This document shows, piece by piece, positions 9,672-18,355 of a stretch of 58,720 bases of DNA. Within the stretch, counting starts at the first letter, position 1; every line of letters starts with the position of its first letter. The stretch is taken from NCBI GenBank assembly GCA_017455005.1, contig JAFTBX010000034.1, positions 1 through 58,720 on the forward strand, in the 5' to 3' direction. A program made the translations under genes and the position numbers. Below the pieces are notes generated by a model. It was given only the letters and a program-made list of their open reading frames with translations. It was not told the origin of the DNA and made no database searches. This DNA comes from Lachnospiraceae bacterium. Lineage in GTDB: Bacteria > Bacillota > Clostridia > Lachnospirales > Lachnospiraceae.

Positions 9672-11501
9672 ATGAAAAAGCAACTTGCACTTGTTCTTGC
9701 TGCAGTCATGGTAAGTGCTTCTCTCGCAGCCTGCGGATCAAGCGGCGGCGCGGCAGAGACCACGGCAGCTCCGGCAGCTACCGAGGCAGCTGCAGAGACC
9801 GAAGCAGCTGAGACTGAAGCAGCAGAGACAGAGGCTCCGGCTGAAGCAGAAGCATCTGATGAGGCTCCTGACGCAGCAGCTCTTGTCAGCGACGCATTCA
9901 TCGATCCGGTCAACGACTGGGCAAAGTATGACGAGCTGATTGCAGAGATCAAGGCAGAGACCGACATGGCACATCGTACCGAGCTGATGCATCAGGCTGA
10001 GGACATCCTGATGAGCAACTACGCTGTTGTCCCGATCTACTACTACAACGATCTCTACATGGAGAAGGACTATGTCAAGGGCGTATATGCAAACTCATTC
10101 GCTACCAAGTTCTTCATGTATGCTACTCTTGAGAACGGTTCCGACACCCTTCGCCTGAACCTGGCTTCTGAGCCGGATTACCTTGATCCCGCTCTGAACT
10201 CTTCCGTAGACGGTGCCTGCCTTGCGGCAAATTCCTTCTCGGGTCTTTATACCTACAACGCTGAAGGCAAGCCGGTTCCGGCATGCGCTGAGAGCTATGA
10301 GGTTTCCGAGGATGGTCTGACCTACACCGTTAAGCTGAAGGAAGGCCTCAAGTGGTCCGATGGTTCCGATCTTACCGCAAGCGACTTCGTTTACAGCTGG
10401 AAGAGAGCTACTGATCCGAAGACCGCTGCAGACTACGAGTACATGTTCTCCGGTTTCGACGGATATGCTGATGGCAACATCAATGTTACCGCTGTCGACG
10501 ACACCACCCTTGAGTTTGTTCTGTCTGCTCCGTGCGCATACATGGAAGACCTGATGGCATTCCCGACCTTCTATCCGGTCAAGCAGGAGGCTGTTGAGTC
10601 CTATGCTGACTGGGAGACCACTCCGGGCGGATGGTGCCAGGAAGCAGGTTTCGTATCCAACGGCGCTTACGTCTGCACCGGCTGGAACCATGACACTTCC
10701 ATGACCTATGAGAAGAACCCGTACTTCTGGGATGCTGACAACGTCAAGATTGAGAAGCTTGAGTTCATGCTTTCCGCAGATGACACCGCGATCTTCTCCG
10801 CTTACAACGCAGGCGATGTTGATTTCATCGACACCGTACCGACAGACGAAGTCCAGGGCCTGATCAACTCCCAGAATCCGGAGTTCAAGGTCATCGACGA
10901 GCTTGGTACCTACTACATCGCATTCAACGTCAACTCCAAACTGTTCGAGGGCAAGACTCCGGAGCAGGCAGCATGCATGCGTGAGGCTATCAACCTTCTC
11001 ATCGACAGAGACTACATCGTAGAGAACATCGGCCAGACCGGACAGGTCATCGCTACTTCCTACATCCCGCTTGGTATGATGGACGGCAACGGCGGCACCT
11101 TCAAGAGCGATCCGGCAGTCGGCTACTATGATGCATATGCTATCAATGATGACTATGAGGGCACCATCGCAAAGGCTACCGAGCTTATGAAGGCAGCTGG
11201 CTTCAAGTTCGGCGAGGACGGCATGCTTTCCGAAGAGACTCCGCTGCAGATCGAGTATCTGACCAATGACGGTACCGGTCACGTAGCAATCGCTGAGTCC
11301 CTGCAGCAGGATCTGGGTGCGATCGGCATCAACCTTACCATCCAGAAGCAGGAGTGGAACGTCTTCCTTGAGGAGCGTAAGAACGGCAACTTCGATATGG
11401 CACGTGAGGGCTGGATCGCTGACTTCAACGACCCGATCAACATGCTTGAGATGTTCACCACCACTTCCGGCAACAACGACCCGCAGTACGGCCGCAAGTA
11501 A
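9672..11501 (+). CDS. oppA: Family-5 (OppA/DppA type) peptide-binding lipoprotein
   Basis: Signal peptide + lipobox LAAC, a long A/E/T linker, then the SBP_bac_5 core. AAGGAGG SD. Confidence 0.85.
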   Translation: MKKQLALVLAAVMVSASLAACGSSGGAAETTAAPAATEAAAETEAAETEAAETEAPAEAEASDEAPDAAALVSDAFIDPVNDWAKYDELIAEIKAETDMAHRTELMHQAEDILMSNYAVVPIYYYNDLYMEKDYVKGVYANSFATKFFMYATLENGSDTLRLNLASEPDYLDPALNSSVDGACLAANSFSGLYTYNAEGKPVPACAESYEVSEDGLTYTVKLKEGLKWSDGSDLTASDFVYSWKRATDPKTAADYEYMFSGFDGYADGNINVTAVDDTTLEFVLSAPCAYMEDLMAFPTFYPVKQEAVESYADWETTPGGWCQEAGFVSNGAYVCTGWNHDTSMTYEKNPYFWDADNVKIEKLEFMLSADDTAIFSAYNAGDVDFIDTVPTDEVQGLINSQNPEFKVIDELGTYYIAFNVNSKLFEGKTPEQAACMREAINLLIDRDYIVENIGQTGQVIATSYIPLGMMDGNGGTFKSDPAVGYYDAYAINDDYEGTIAKATELMKAAGFKFGEDGMLSEETPLQIEYLTNDGTGHVAIAESLQQDLGAIGINLTIQKQEWNVFLEERKNGNFDMAREGWIADFNDPINMLEMFTTTSGNNDPQYGRK

Positions 11502-11541
11502 TCCGGACGCTATAAGCGAACTGAATTCATGAACTATAAGA

Positions 11542-11579
11542 ACACCCGGTTGTGTGTATGCACAGTCGGGTGTTTTTTG
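11542..11579 (+). terminator. Rho-independent terminator of the opp operon
   Basis: ACACCCG...CGGGTGT stem with an inner TGTG/CACA pairing, followed by TTTTTT. Confidence 0.75.
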
Positions 11580-11699
11580 TGAAGAGTGTCTTTTGAAATG
11601 CTGTGGGGCGGTATGCCCGGCACGGCTCGTGCCAGAGCATCAGGAGCTATGATGAGTTGTGCACTATGCAAAAGAAAGATGCAAAATAATGATAATGTG

Positions 11700-11729
11700 T
11701 TAACAGTTTTGCTCAAAATGTGTTATACT
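11700..11729 (+). promoter_or_regulatory. Candidate promoter of yegP
   Basis: TTAACA (11700-11705), 18-nt spacer, extended -10 TGtTATACT (11721-11729). Confidence 0.45.
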
Positions 11730-11796
11730 GTGAAATGAAGTATGGATATTGTTTAAACAAATCTCATATAAGATCGATCAGTAAAGGAGGAAACCC

Positions 11797-12168
11797 ATGG
11801 GCAAATTTGTAGTAACACAGGCAAAAACAGGCATTAAGTTCAGCTTGAAGGCATCCAACGGACAGGTCATTGCGTCTTCACAGGTCTATAAGTCCTTAAA
11901 GAGCTGCCTCGCAGGCATCCAGAGCGTGATCGTGAACAGCGCTGTCGCTCCGATCGAAGATCAGACGGTCGAAGGCTTTGCGGCTGAAAAGTGCCCGAAG
12001 TTTGAGGTCTATACGGATAAGGCCGGCGAGACACGTTTCCGCCTGAAGGCTAAAAACGGCCAGATCATCGCGACCGGAGAGGGCTACAAGACGATGAAGT
12101 CCTGCTTAAACGGCATTGCAAGTATCCGCAAGAATGCTGCGGAGAGCGAGGTTGTTCAGGATCTCTGA
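11797..12168 (+). CDS. yegP: YegP family (UPF0339/DUF1508) protein, two tandem repeats
   Basis: Two copies of the DUF1508 repeat: FSLKASNGQVIASSQVYKSLKSCLAGIQSV and FRLKAKNGQIIATGEGYKTMKSCLNGIASI. AAGGAGG SD. Confidence 0.85.
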   Translation: MGKFVVTQAKTGIKFSLKASNGQVIASSQVYKSLKSCLAGIQSVIVNSAVAPIEDQTVEGFAAEKCPKFEVYTDKAGETRFRLKAKNGQIIATGEGYKTMKSCLNGIASIRKNAAESEVVQDL

Positions 12169-12857
12169 TCCTGCGGCACCATTTCCGCGACCTCGAGTAC
12201 ATTGCCGCGCACATAAAAACGCACATCATAGTTGCAGTAGTAGAACCCGTAACGGCGTTTGCCGTCATTGTCCGCATCATAACGCGGACGGGGGTCCTCG
12301 CGTAAAACTTCATACAAAGCTTCCTGCTGCTCTAAGCTCAGGGAGCTTTTTTTGATGAGTTCCATGGGATCGGTGACCGTGAGTTCCTGGAAGGGCATCT
12401 CGTCTACGAAGCCGTTCCTTGCGTCGGGGTGGGAGTCATAGATGCTGATATAGGGCTTGATGTCATAGATCGGCGTGCCGTCCATCATGTCAATGCCGGA
12501 AACGTGTAAGACCGGACCCTGATCCTCCGTCATTTCAACCGAATCTAAGCGCACGGAGCTTAAGCCGATGCTGTTCGGGCGGAAGGGGGAGCGGGTGGCC
12601 CAGACGCCGACATGGGTCTTTCCGCCAAGCCTCGGCGGCTTGGAAGTAGCGGACCAGTCCGCGCGGTGCGCAAGCGAAAAGTCCCAAAGGATCCAGAGAT
12701 AGCTGAATCCGTCGAGCCCCTTCACGCCCTCGGGGTTGCGGTAATAGGGTTCAAAGACGATGCGGCCTTTTAACCCGTCCACGAGCCCGCTCTGGCGCGG
12801 CAGGCCGAACTTGGTCGGAAAATCCGTATAAATATGTGCTACCGGTCTGATCTCCAT
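12156..12857 (-). CDS. trmO: tRNA (t6A37-N6)-methyltransferase TrmO (TsaA/YaeB family)
   Basis: N-terminal IRPVAHIYTDFPTKFGLPRQSGL and the GFSYLWILWDFS region are typical of TsaA-like proteins. AGGAGG lies 7 nt upstream on the minus strand. Confidence 0.82.
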   Translation of the reverse strand: MEIRPVAHIYTDFPTKFGLPRQSGLVDGLKGRIVFEPYYRNPEGVKGLDGFSYLWILWDFSLAHRADWSATSKPPRLGGKTHVGVWATRSPFRPNSIGLSSVRLDSVEMTEDQGPVLHVSGIDMMDGTPIYDIKPYISIYDSHPDARNGFVDEMPFQELTVTDPMELIKKSSLSLEQQEALYEVLREDPRPRYDADNDGKRRYGFYYCNYDVRFYVRGNVLEVAEMVPQDQRS

Positions 12858-12992
12858 CCGGGATCCTCCTTTTTACTTTTCAACCGGGGCTGCTTATGAT
12901 AAAATCAGCTGTACTGATAATAGAGTCTACCACAAATCGGTTTCCGGATTCAAGATAGGCACTGACATACATTCGATACAGGAGAATCAACC

Positions 12993-13742
12993 ATGGCGAT
13001 GAACGAACAGAAGATAGAAGGACGCAATGCGGTGCTGGAGGCGCTGCGCGCTGACAGAAGCGTGGACCGCGTACTGATCCTGGACGGTGCGCATGATAAC
13101 GCGCTCGGCAGCATTATCCGGGAAGTAAAAAAGCACCCGGAGACCAAGCTGGATTTCGTGCAGAAGAAAAAGCTCGACGACTTAAGCGAGACCGGAAAGC
13201 ACCAGGGCGTCATCGCGTTTACGGCGGCTTATGATTATGCGACGGTGGATGACATCCTTGAGAACGCAAAGGATAAGGGAGAGGATCCGTTTATCTTCAT
13301 CCTGGACGGCATTGAGGATCCGCACAACCTCGGCGCGATCATCCGTACCGCCAATCTTTGCGGCGCGCACGGCGTCATCATCCGCCTGAACAGGGCAGTG
13401 GGACTGACGGCAGTCGTTTCCAAGGCCTCGGCAGGCGCACTCAACTATACGCCGGTGGCGAAGGTCACCAACATCAACGCTGCGATCGAAGCCCTCAAGA
13501 AAGAAGGACTGTGGTTCGTCTGCGCGGATATGGGCGGAGAGACGATGTATAAGATGAACCTGAAGGGCCCGATCGGCCTTGTTATCGGCAACGAGGGAAA
13601 AGGCGTCTCGGAGCTTGTGAAGAAGAACTGCGACATGATCGCGTCGATCCCCATGTACGGCGACATTGACTCCCTCAACGCTTCCGTGGCGACGGGCGTG
13701 CTCGCCTGGGAGATCGTCAGGCAGCGGCATTTCGGAAAGTAA
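12993..13742 (+). CDS. rlmB: 23S rRNA (guanosine-2'-O)-methyltransferase, RlmB/SpoU-TrmH family
   Basis: N-terminal SpoU substrate-binding domain (EGRNAVLEAL) and SpoU motifs (DPHNLGAIIRTA, LVIGNEGKGVS, IPMYGDIDSLNASVA). Confidence 0.85.
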   Translation: MAMNEQKIEGRNAVLEALRADRSVDRVLILDGAHDNALGSIIREVKKHPETKLDFVQKKKLDDLSETGKHQGVIAFTAAYDYATVDDILENAKDKGEDPFIFILDGIEDPHNLGAIIRTANLCGAHGVIIRLNRAVGLTAVVSKASAGALNYTPVAKVTNINAAIEALKKEGLWFVCADMGGETMYKMNLKGPIGLVIGNEGKGVSELVKKNCDMIASIPMYGDIDSLNASVATGVLAWEIVRQRHFGK

Positions 13743-13813
13743 AATCTACACAGAAAGCGTATGTTGTGTTATAATAATAATTTGTTTATTACTGTTTTAC
13801 AAAGGAGCAGACT

Positions 13814-15523
13814 ATGGCAGACGATAAGATGAAGATGACAGATGCAAATGCAGACGCAGCGGCAGAAAGTGCTGAGGTCATTTCCAAGAACTTTATAGAG
13901 CGTGAGATCGATAAGGATCTTGCGGAGGGTGTTTATGATCATGTATGCACCCGTTTCCCGCCCGAACCGAACGGCTATCTCCACATCGGACATGCCAAGT
14001 CGATCCTTTTGAACTACGGACTGGCGGAAGAGTACGGCGGAACCTTCCATTTCCGCTTTGACGACACCAACCCGGTCAAAGAGAAGACAGAGTTCGTTAA
14101 CTCCATTGTGGCGGACGTCGAATGGCTCGGCGCGAAGTACGTCGGCGGCGTTCGTTTCGCTTCCAACTACTTTGACGAGATGTATGAAAAGGCAGTGTTC
14201 CTGATCAAAAAGGGCAAGGCCTATGTTTCCGACCTGACGGCAGATGAGATCCGCGCGACCCGCGGCGATTTCAAGACCCCCGGCCAGGAGGATCCGGGCC
14301 GCAATCGTACCATCGAGGAGAACCTTAAGCTCTTTGAGGAGATGAAGGAAGGCAAGTACGAGGACGGATCCAAGGTACTCCGTGCCAAGATCGATATGGC
14401 ATCCGGCAACATTAACATGAGAGACCCGGTCATCTACCGTATCGCGCGCCTGACCCACCACAACACAGGCGACAAATGGTGCATCTATCCGATGTACGAC
14501 TACGCGCATCCGATCGAGGACGCGATCGAGGGCATCACCCACAGCATCTGTACGCTGGAGTTTGAGGACCATCGTCCGCTTTATGACTGGGTCGTAAAGG
14601 AGTGCGAGTACAAGGAACCCCCGCGCCAGATCGAGTTCGCAAAGATGTATCTGACGAACGTCGTCACCGGCAAGCGTTATATCAAGCGCCTTGTTGAAAA
14701 CGGCACCGTAGACGGCTGGGATGATCCGCGTCTCGTTACGATCGCGGCACTTCGCCGCAGAGGCTATACCCCGGAGGCGATCCGCAAGTTCGTTGAGCTT
14801 GCCGGCGTTTCCAAGGCGGATTCCAGCTGTGAGCTCGATATGCTCGAGTACTGCATCCGTGACGACTTAAAGCTTAAGAAGCCGCGTATGCTCGCCGTGC
14901 TGCATCCGGTGAAGCTCATCATCGATAACTACCCCGAAGGCCAGAGCGAGACCCTTGATATGCCGAACAACCTGGAGGTCCCGGAGATGGGTTCCCGCAA
15001 GGTTACCTTCGGCCGCAACCTCTGGATCGAGCAGGACGACTTCATGGAGATCCCGCCGCATAAGTACTTCCGTATGTTCCCGGGCAATGAGGTCCGCCTG
15101 ATGGGCGCTTACCTCGTAAAGTGCACCGGCTGTGACAAGGATGCCGACGGCAATGTCATCGCCGTTCACGCGACCTATGATCCGGAGCAGAAGTCCGGCT
15201 CCGAGACCCGCAAGGTCAAGGGTACGATCCACTGGGTCAATGCCGACGACTGCTTCGACGCGACTGTCCGTCTATATGAAAACCTCGTCGATGAGGAAAA
15301 GGGCAAGCTCGACGCGGAAGGCAACCTGAACTTAAATCCGAATTCACTGACCGTTCTTGAAGGCTGCAAGCTGGAGCCGGCGCTGAAGGACACCAAGGCG
15401 TATGACAGCTTCCAGTTCGTCCGCAACGGATATTTCTGTGTGGACAGCCACGACTCCAAGCCGGGCGTACCGGTCTTTAACCGTGTCGTCGGCCTGAAGA
15501 GCAGCTTTAAGATGCCGAAGTAA
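13814..15523 (+). CDS. glnS: Glutamine--tRNA ligase
   Basis: Class-I HIGH motif ([14 protein letters not shown]), length and C-terminal anticodon-binding region typical of GlnRS. AAGGAG SD. Confidence 0.9.
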   Translation: MADDKMKMTDANADAAAESAEVISKNFIEREIDKDLAEGVYDHVCTRFPPEPNGYLHIGHAKSILLNYGLAEEYGGTFHFRFDDTNPVKEKTEFVNSIVADVEWLGAKYVGGVRFASNYFDEMYEKAVFLIKKGKAYVSDLTADEIRATRGDFKTPGQEDPGRNRTIEENLKLFEEMKEGKYEDGSKVLRAKIDMASGNINMRDPVIYRIARLTHHNTGDKWCIYPMYDYAHPIEDAIEGITHSICTLEFEDHRPLYDWVVKECEYKEPPRQIEFAKMYLTNVVTGKRYIKRLVENGTVDGWDDPRLVTIAALRRRGYTPEAIRKFVELAGVSKADSSCELDMLEYCIRDDLKLKKPRMLAVLHPVKLIIDNYPEGQSETLDMPNNLEVPEMGSRKVTFGRNLWIEQDDFMEIPPHKYFRMFPGNEVRLMGAYLVKCTGCDKDADGNVIAVHATYDPEQKSGSETRKVKGTIHWVNADDCFDATVRLYENLVDEEKGKLDAEGNLNLNPNSLTVLEGCKLEPALKDTKAYDSFQFVRNGYFCVDSHDSKPGVPVFNRVVGLKSSFKMPK

Positions 15524-15537
15524 GTTTATTCAGCCTG

Positions 15538-15580
15538 CGGGCGTTTTGAGCGCTGTGCGCTGAAACGCCCGAAGCTTTTG
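15538..15580 (+). terminator. Probable terminator after glnS
   Basis: Long hairpin CGGGCGTTTtgAGCGC-tgt-GCGCTgAAACGCCCG. The T run (CTTTTG) is offset by 4 nt. Confidence 0.55.
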
Positions 15581-15606
15581 CAATCACTTGCGCAGATTAA
15601 TTTCTT

Positions 15607-18039
15607 ATGACAGATACGAACCAGCAACAACCGAAAAGCGTGATCCAGCTTGAACACGAGCGCGCGGGTATCAATACGGATATCGGCATGATCGTTCCTG
15701 AGAGCCTGCAGCAGAAAGCTGCAGGTGTTTCGAGTGAGAAGGATGAGGAACAGGACGCGCTCAGAGAGTCGGTCATTCAGCCGAGGACGCTGGAAGAACC
15801 GGTTTCCACGTCGCCGGATGACCTCTTTAACGACCTGATCCGCATATTCCGCCGTTATCGTCCGAATGACGACATCACGCGCATCCGCATGGCCTATGAC
15901 GTCGCGCGTGAGCAGCATAAGGACCAGAAACGCAAGTCCGGTGAGCCCTACATTATCCATCCCTTAAATGTCGCGATCATCCTCGCGGAGATGGAGATGG
16001 ATCCCGAGACACTGATCGCGGCGCTGCTGCATGACGTGGTCGAGGATACGGACATGACGCTCGACCAGGTCGAAGAGCTCTTCGGCGAGGATGTGGCGGT
16101 CATGGTCAATGGCGTCACCAAGCTGACCCAGATCAACTATAACGCCGATAAGATCGAAGTACAGGCGGAGAACCTGCGCAAGATGTTTGTCGCGATGGCA
16201 AAGGACATCCGCGTCGTCATCATCAAGCTTGCCGACCGCCTTCACAACCTTCGTACGCTGCAGTATCAGTCCAAGGCAAAGCAGGAGGAAAAGGCCAGGG
16301 AGACCCTGGATATCTATTCGCCGCTTGCTGAGAGACTCGGTATCAGCAAGATGAAGATCGAGCTCGACGATATTTCCCTGAAGTACTTAAAACCGGATGT
16401 CTACAGAGACCTTGTCGACAAGATCGCCCTCAAGAAAGAGGAGCGTGAGCAGATCATCGCCGACATTGTCAACGAAGTCTCCGAGCATCTGCAGAAGGCC
16501 GATATCAATGCGGTCATGATGGGCAGAGTCAAGCACTTCTTCAGCATTTACAAGAAGATGGTCAAGCAGGATAAGACGGTCGATCAGATCTACGACCTGT
16601 TTGCCGTGCGTATCCTGGTGGAAAGCGTCAAGGACTGCTATGCGGCGCTCGGCGTCATCCACGAGCTCTATAAGCCGATCCCGGGCCGCTTCAAGGACTA
16701 CATCGCGATGCCCAAGCCGAACATGTATCAGTCGCTGCATACGACGCTGATCGGTAAGGACGGCACGCCGTTTGAGATACAGATCCGTACCTTCGAGATG
16801 CACCGTGTCGCGGAGTTCGGTATTGCCGCGCACTGGAAGTATAAGGAGAGCGGCGGGTCCACCCAGAAGGCGGACAGCGTCGACGACGAGAAGATGGCAT
16901 GGCTCCGCCAGGTCCTGGAGTGGCAGAAGGATACCGAGGACGGAAAGGAGTTCCTGAACCTCGTCAAGTCGGATTTCGACCTGTTTAATGAGAACGTTTA
17001 CTGCTTCACGCCGACCGGCGACGTAAAGAGCCTGCCGATGGGATCAACGCCGATCGACTTTGCGTACAGCATCCACTCGGCTGTCGGCAACAAGATGGTC
17101 GGAGCGCGCGTCAACGGACGCCTGGTCCCCATCGACTATAAGCTTGAAAACGGCGACCAGATCGAGATCATCACCTCTCAGAACTCCAAGGGCCCGAGCC
17201 GCGACTGGCTGGGCATGGTCAAGTCTACGCAGGCGCGCAGCAAGATCAACGCCTGGTTTAAGACTGAGAACAAGGACGAGAACATTGCCCGCGGCAAGGA
17301 AGCCATCGAGCGTTACTGCCGACAGAAGGGTTATATATTAAGCGACCTGATGAAGCCCGAGTGCGTGGACGCGGTCCTGCAGAGATATGCCCTGAAGGAC
17401 TGGACTGCGGTGCAGGCATCCGTCGGACACGGCGGCCTCAAGGAGAGCCAGATCGTCGGCAAGCTCCATGAGACGCTTGTCAAGATGGAGAAGCGCAACC
17501 AGACCGATGAGGATATCCTCAAGGCACACGGCGATGGCGAGATCGGAGATATTTCCAACCCGACGGTGAAAAAGAGCCTCCGCGGCGGTATCGTCGTGCG
17601 CGGTATCGATGACCTGTCTGCGCGCTGCGCACACTGCTGCAACCCGGTACCCGGCGATGAGATCGTGGGCTTTGTCACCCGCGGACGCGGCATCACAGTG
17701 CACCGAACCGACTGCATTAACATGATCAACCTGCCGCCGGACGATCGTAACCGCCTGATCGAGGCAGAATGGGATACTTCGAACGAGGAGAGCAACGACA
17801 CTTACTCCGCGGAGATCCGCATCTACTGCAATAACAGGATCGGCCTGCTGGTCGACATCAGCCGCGTCTTTACCGAGGCGGGCATCGACATCACCAGCAT
17901 CAACCTGAAGAACGCGAAGAAGGGCACGGCCACGCTGACGCTGACATTCGACATCCACGGCAAGGACGAGCTGGCGCATGTGCTCGAAAAGCTCCGCTCG
18001 ATCAAGGACGTCCTGGACGTGACAAGAACGACAGGGTGA
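15607..18039 (+). CDS. relA: Bifunctional (p)ppGpp synthetase/hydrolase (long RSH, Rel/SpoT)
   Basis: HD hydrolase domain (HPLNVAIILAEM, LLHDVVEDT), synthetase domain (YKPIPGRFKDYIAMPKPNMYQSLHTT), then TGS and ACT domains. The exact start is uncertain because no clear SD is present. Confidence 0.9.
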   Translation: MTDTNQQQPKSVIQLEHERAGINTDIGMIVPESLQQKAAGVSSEKDEEQDALRESVIQPRTLEEPVSTSPDDLFNDLIRIFRRYRPNDDITRIRMAYDVAREQHKDQKRKSGEPYIIHPLNVAIILAEMEMDPETLIAALLHDVVEDTDMTLDQVEELFGEDVAVMVNGVTKLTQINYNADKIEVQAENLRKMFVAMAKDIRVVIIKLADRLHNLRTLQYQSKAKQEEKARETLDIYSPLAERLGISKMKIELDDISLKYLKPDVYRDLVDKIALKKEEREQIIADIVNEVSEHLQKADINAVMMGRVKHFFSIYKKMVKQDKTVDQIYDLFAVRILVESVKDCYAALGVIHELYKPIPGRFKDYIAMPKPNMYQSLHTTLIGKDGTPFEIQIRTFEMHRVAEFGIAAHWKYKESGGSTQKADSVDDEKMAWLRQVLEWQKDTEDGKEFLNLVKSDFDLFNENVYCFTPTGDVKSLPMGSTPIDFAYSIHSAVGNKMVGARVNGRLVPIDYKLENGDQIEIITSQNSKGPSRDWLGMVKSTQARSKINAWFKTENKDENIARGKEAIERYCRQKGYILSDLMKPECVDAVLQRYALKDWTAVQASVGHGGLKESQIVGKLHETLVKMEKRNQTDEDILKAHGDGEIGDISNPTVKKSLRGGIVVRGIDDLSARCAHCCNPVPGDEIVGFVTRGRGITVHRTDCINMINLPPDDRNRLIEAEWDTSNEESNDTYSAEIRIYCNNRIGLLVDISRVFTEAGIDITSINLKNAKKGTATLTLTFDIHGKDELAHVLEKLRSIKDVLDVTRTTG

Positions 18040-18082
18040 TCAGGTGGTGATTGCAGCCTTATCGTAGCTTGTAGCCTTACAG

Positions 18083-18320
18083 TTAGATGCATTTATATAT
18101 AATCACGCATTTTGCATTTAACTTTTTGCTTCACAATCCTTATACTGATACAAAATGTAGATGCAAAGAACGCTTCAGGATAAGAATGCATCTACATTTT
18201 CAGAAAAAGTAGATGCATATACCTCATTTGGGGCCGTTTGCATCTACTTTTTTGAGAAAACAGTAGAAAAATAAAGTCAATGTAGATGCAAACAGGACTC
18301 TGTACTGAAGTTGCATCTAT
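18083..18320. repeat. Array of four inverted-repeat units, (T)GTAGATGCA-N21-TGCATCTAC(A)
   Basis: Units at 18083-18121, 18155-18197, 18208-18248 and 18280-18320. Arms are 9-11 nt, every spacer is exactly 21 nt, and the spacers are unrelated in sequence. Unit 3 (18208-18248) is followed by T6. Confidence 0.85.
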
Positions 18321-18355
18321 ATTGGTGAGCAACAGGTAAAACTCAGGAGCTTCTG

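Noticed and set aside
10095-11282. 395-aa ORF antisense to the oppA-like gene. Similar antisense ORFs occur at 45731-46726, 57309-58286, 33958-34296, 38848-39564 and elsewhere.
   Set aside because: Same reasoning: these are shadow ORFs opposite well-supported genes, with no domain signatures.
12156-12168. 13-nt convergent 3' overlap of yegP and trmO
   Set aside because: This is an ordinary tail-to-tail overlap. No extra structure or signal was seen.
13743-13813. T-box or other leader upstream of glnS
   Set aside because: The intergenic gap is only ~70 nt, with no specifier or T-box sequence.
18083-18320. CRISPR interpretation of the repeat array
   Set aside because: The repeats are only 9-11 nt and alternate in orientation as inverted pairs. 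No cas genes are present in the window.
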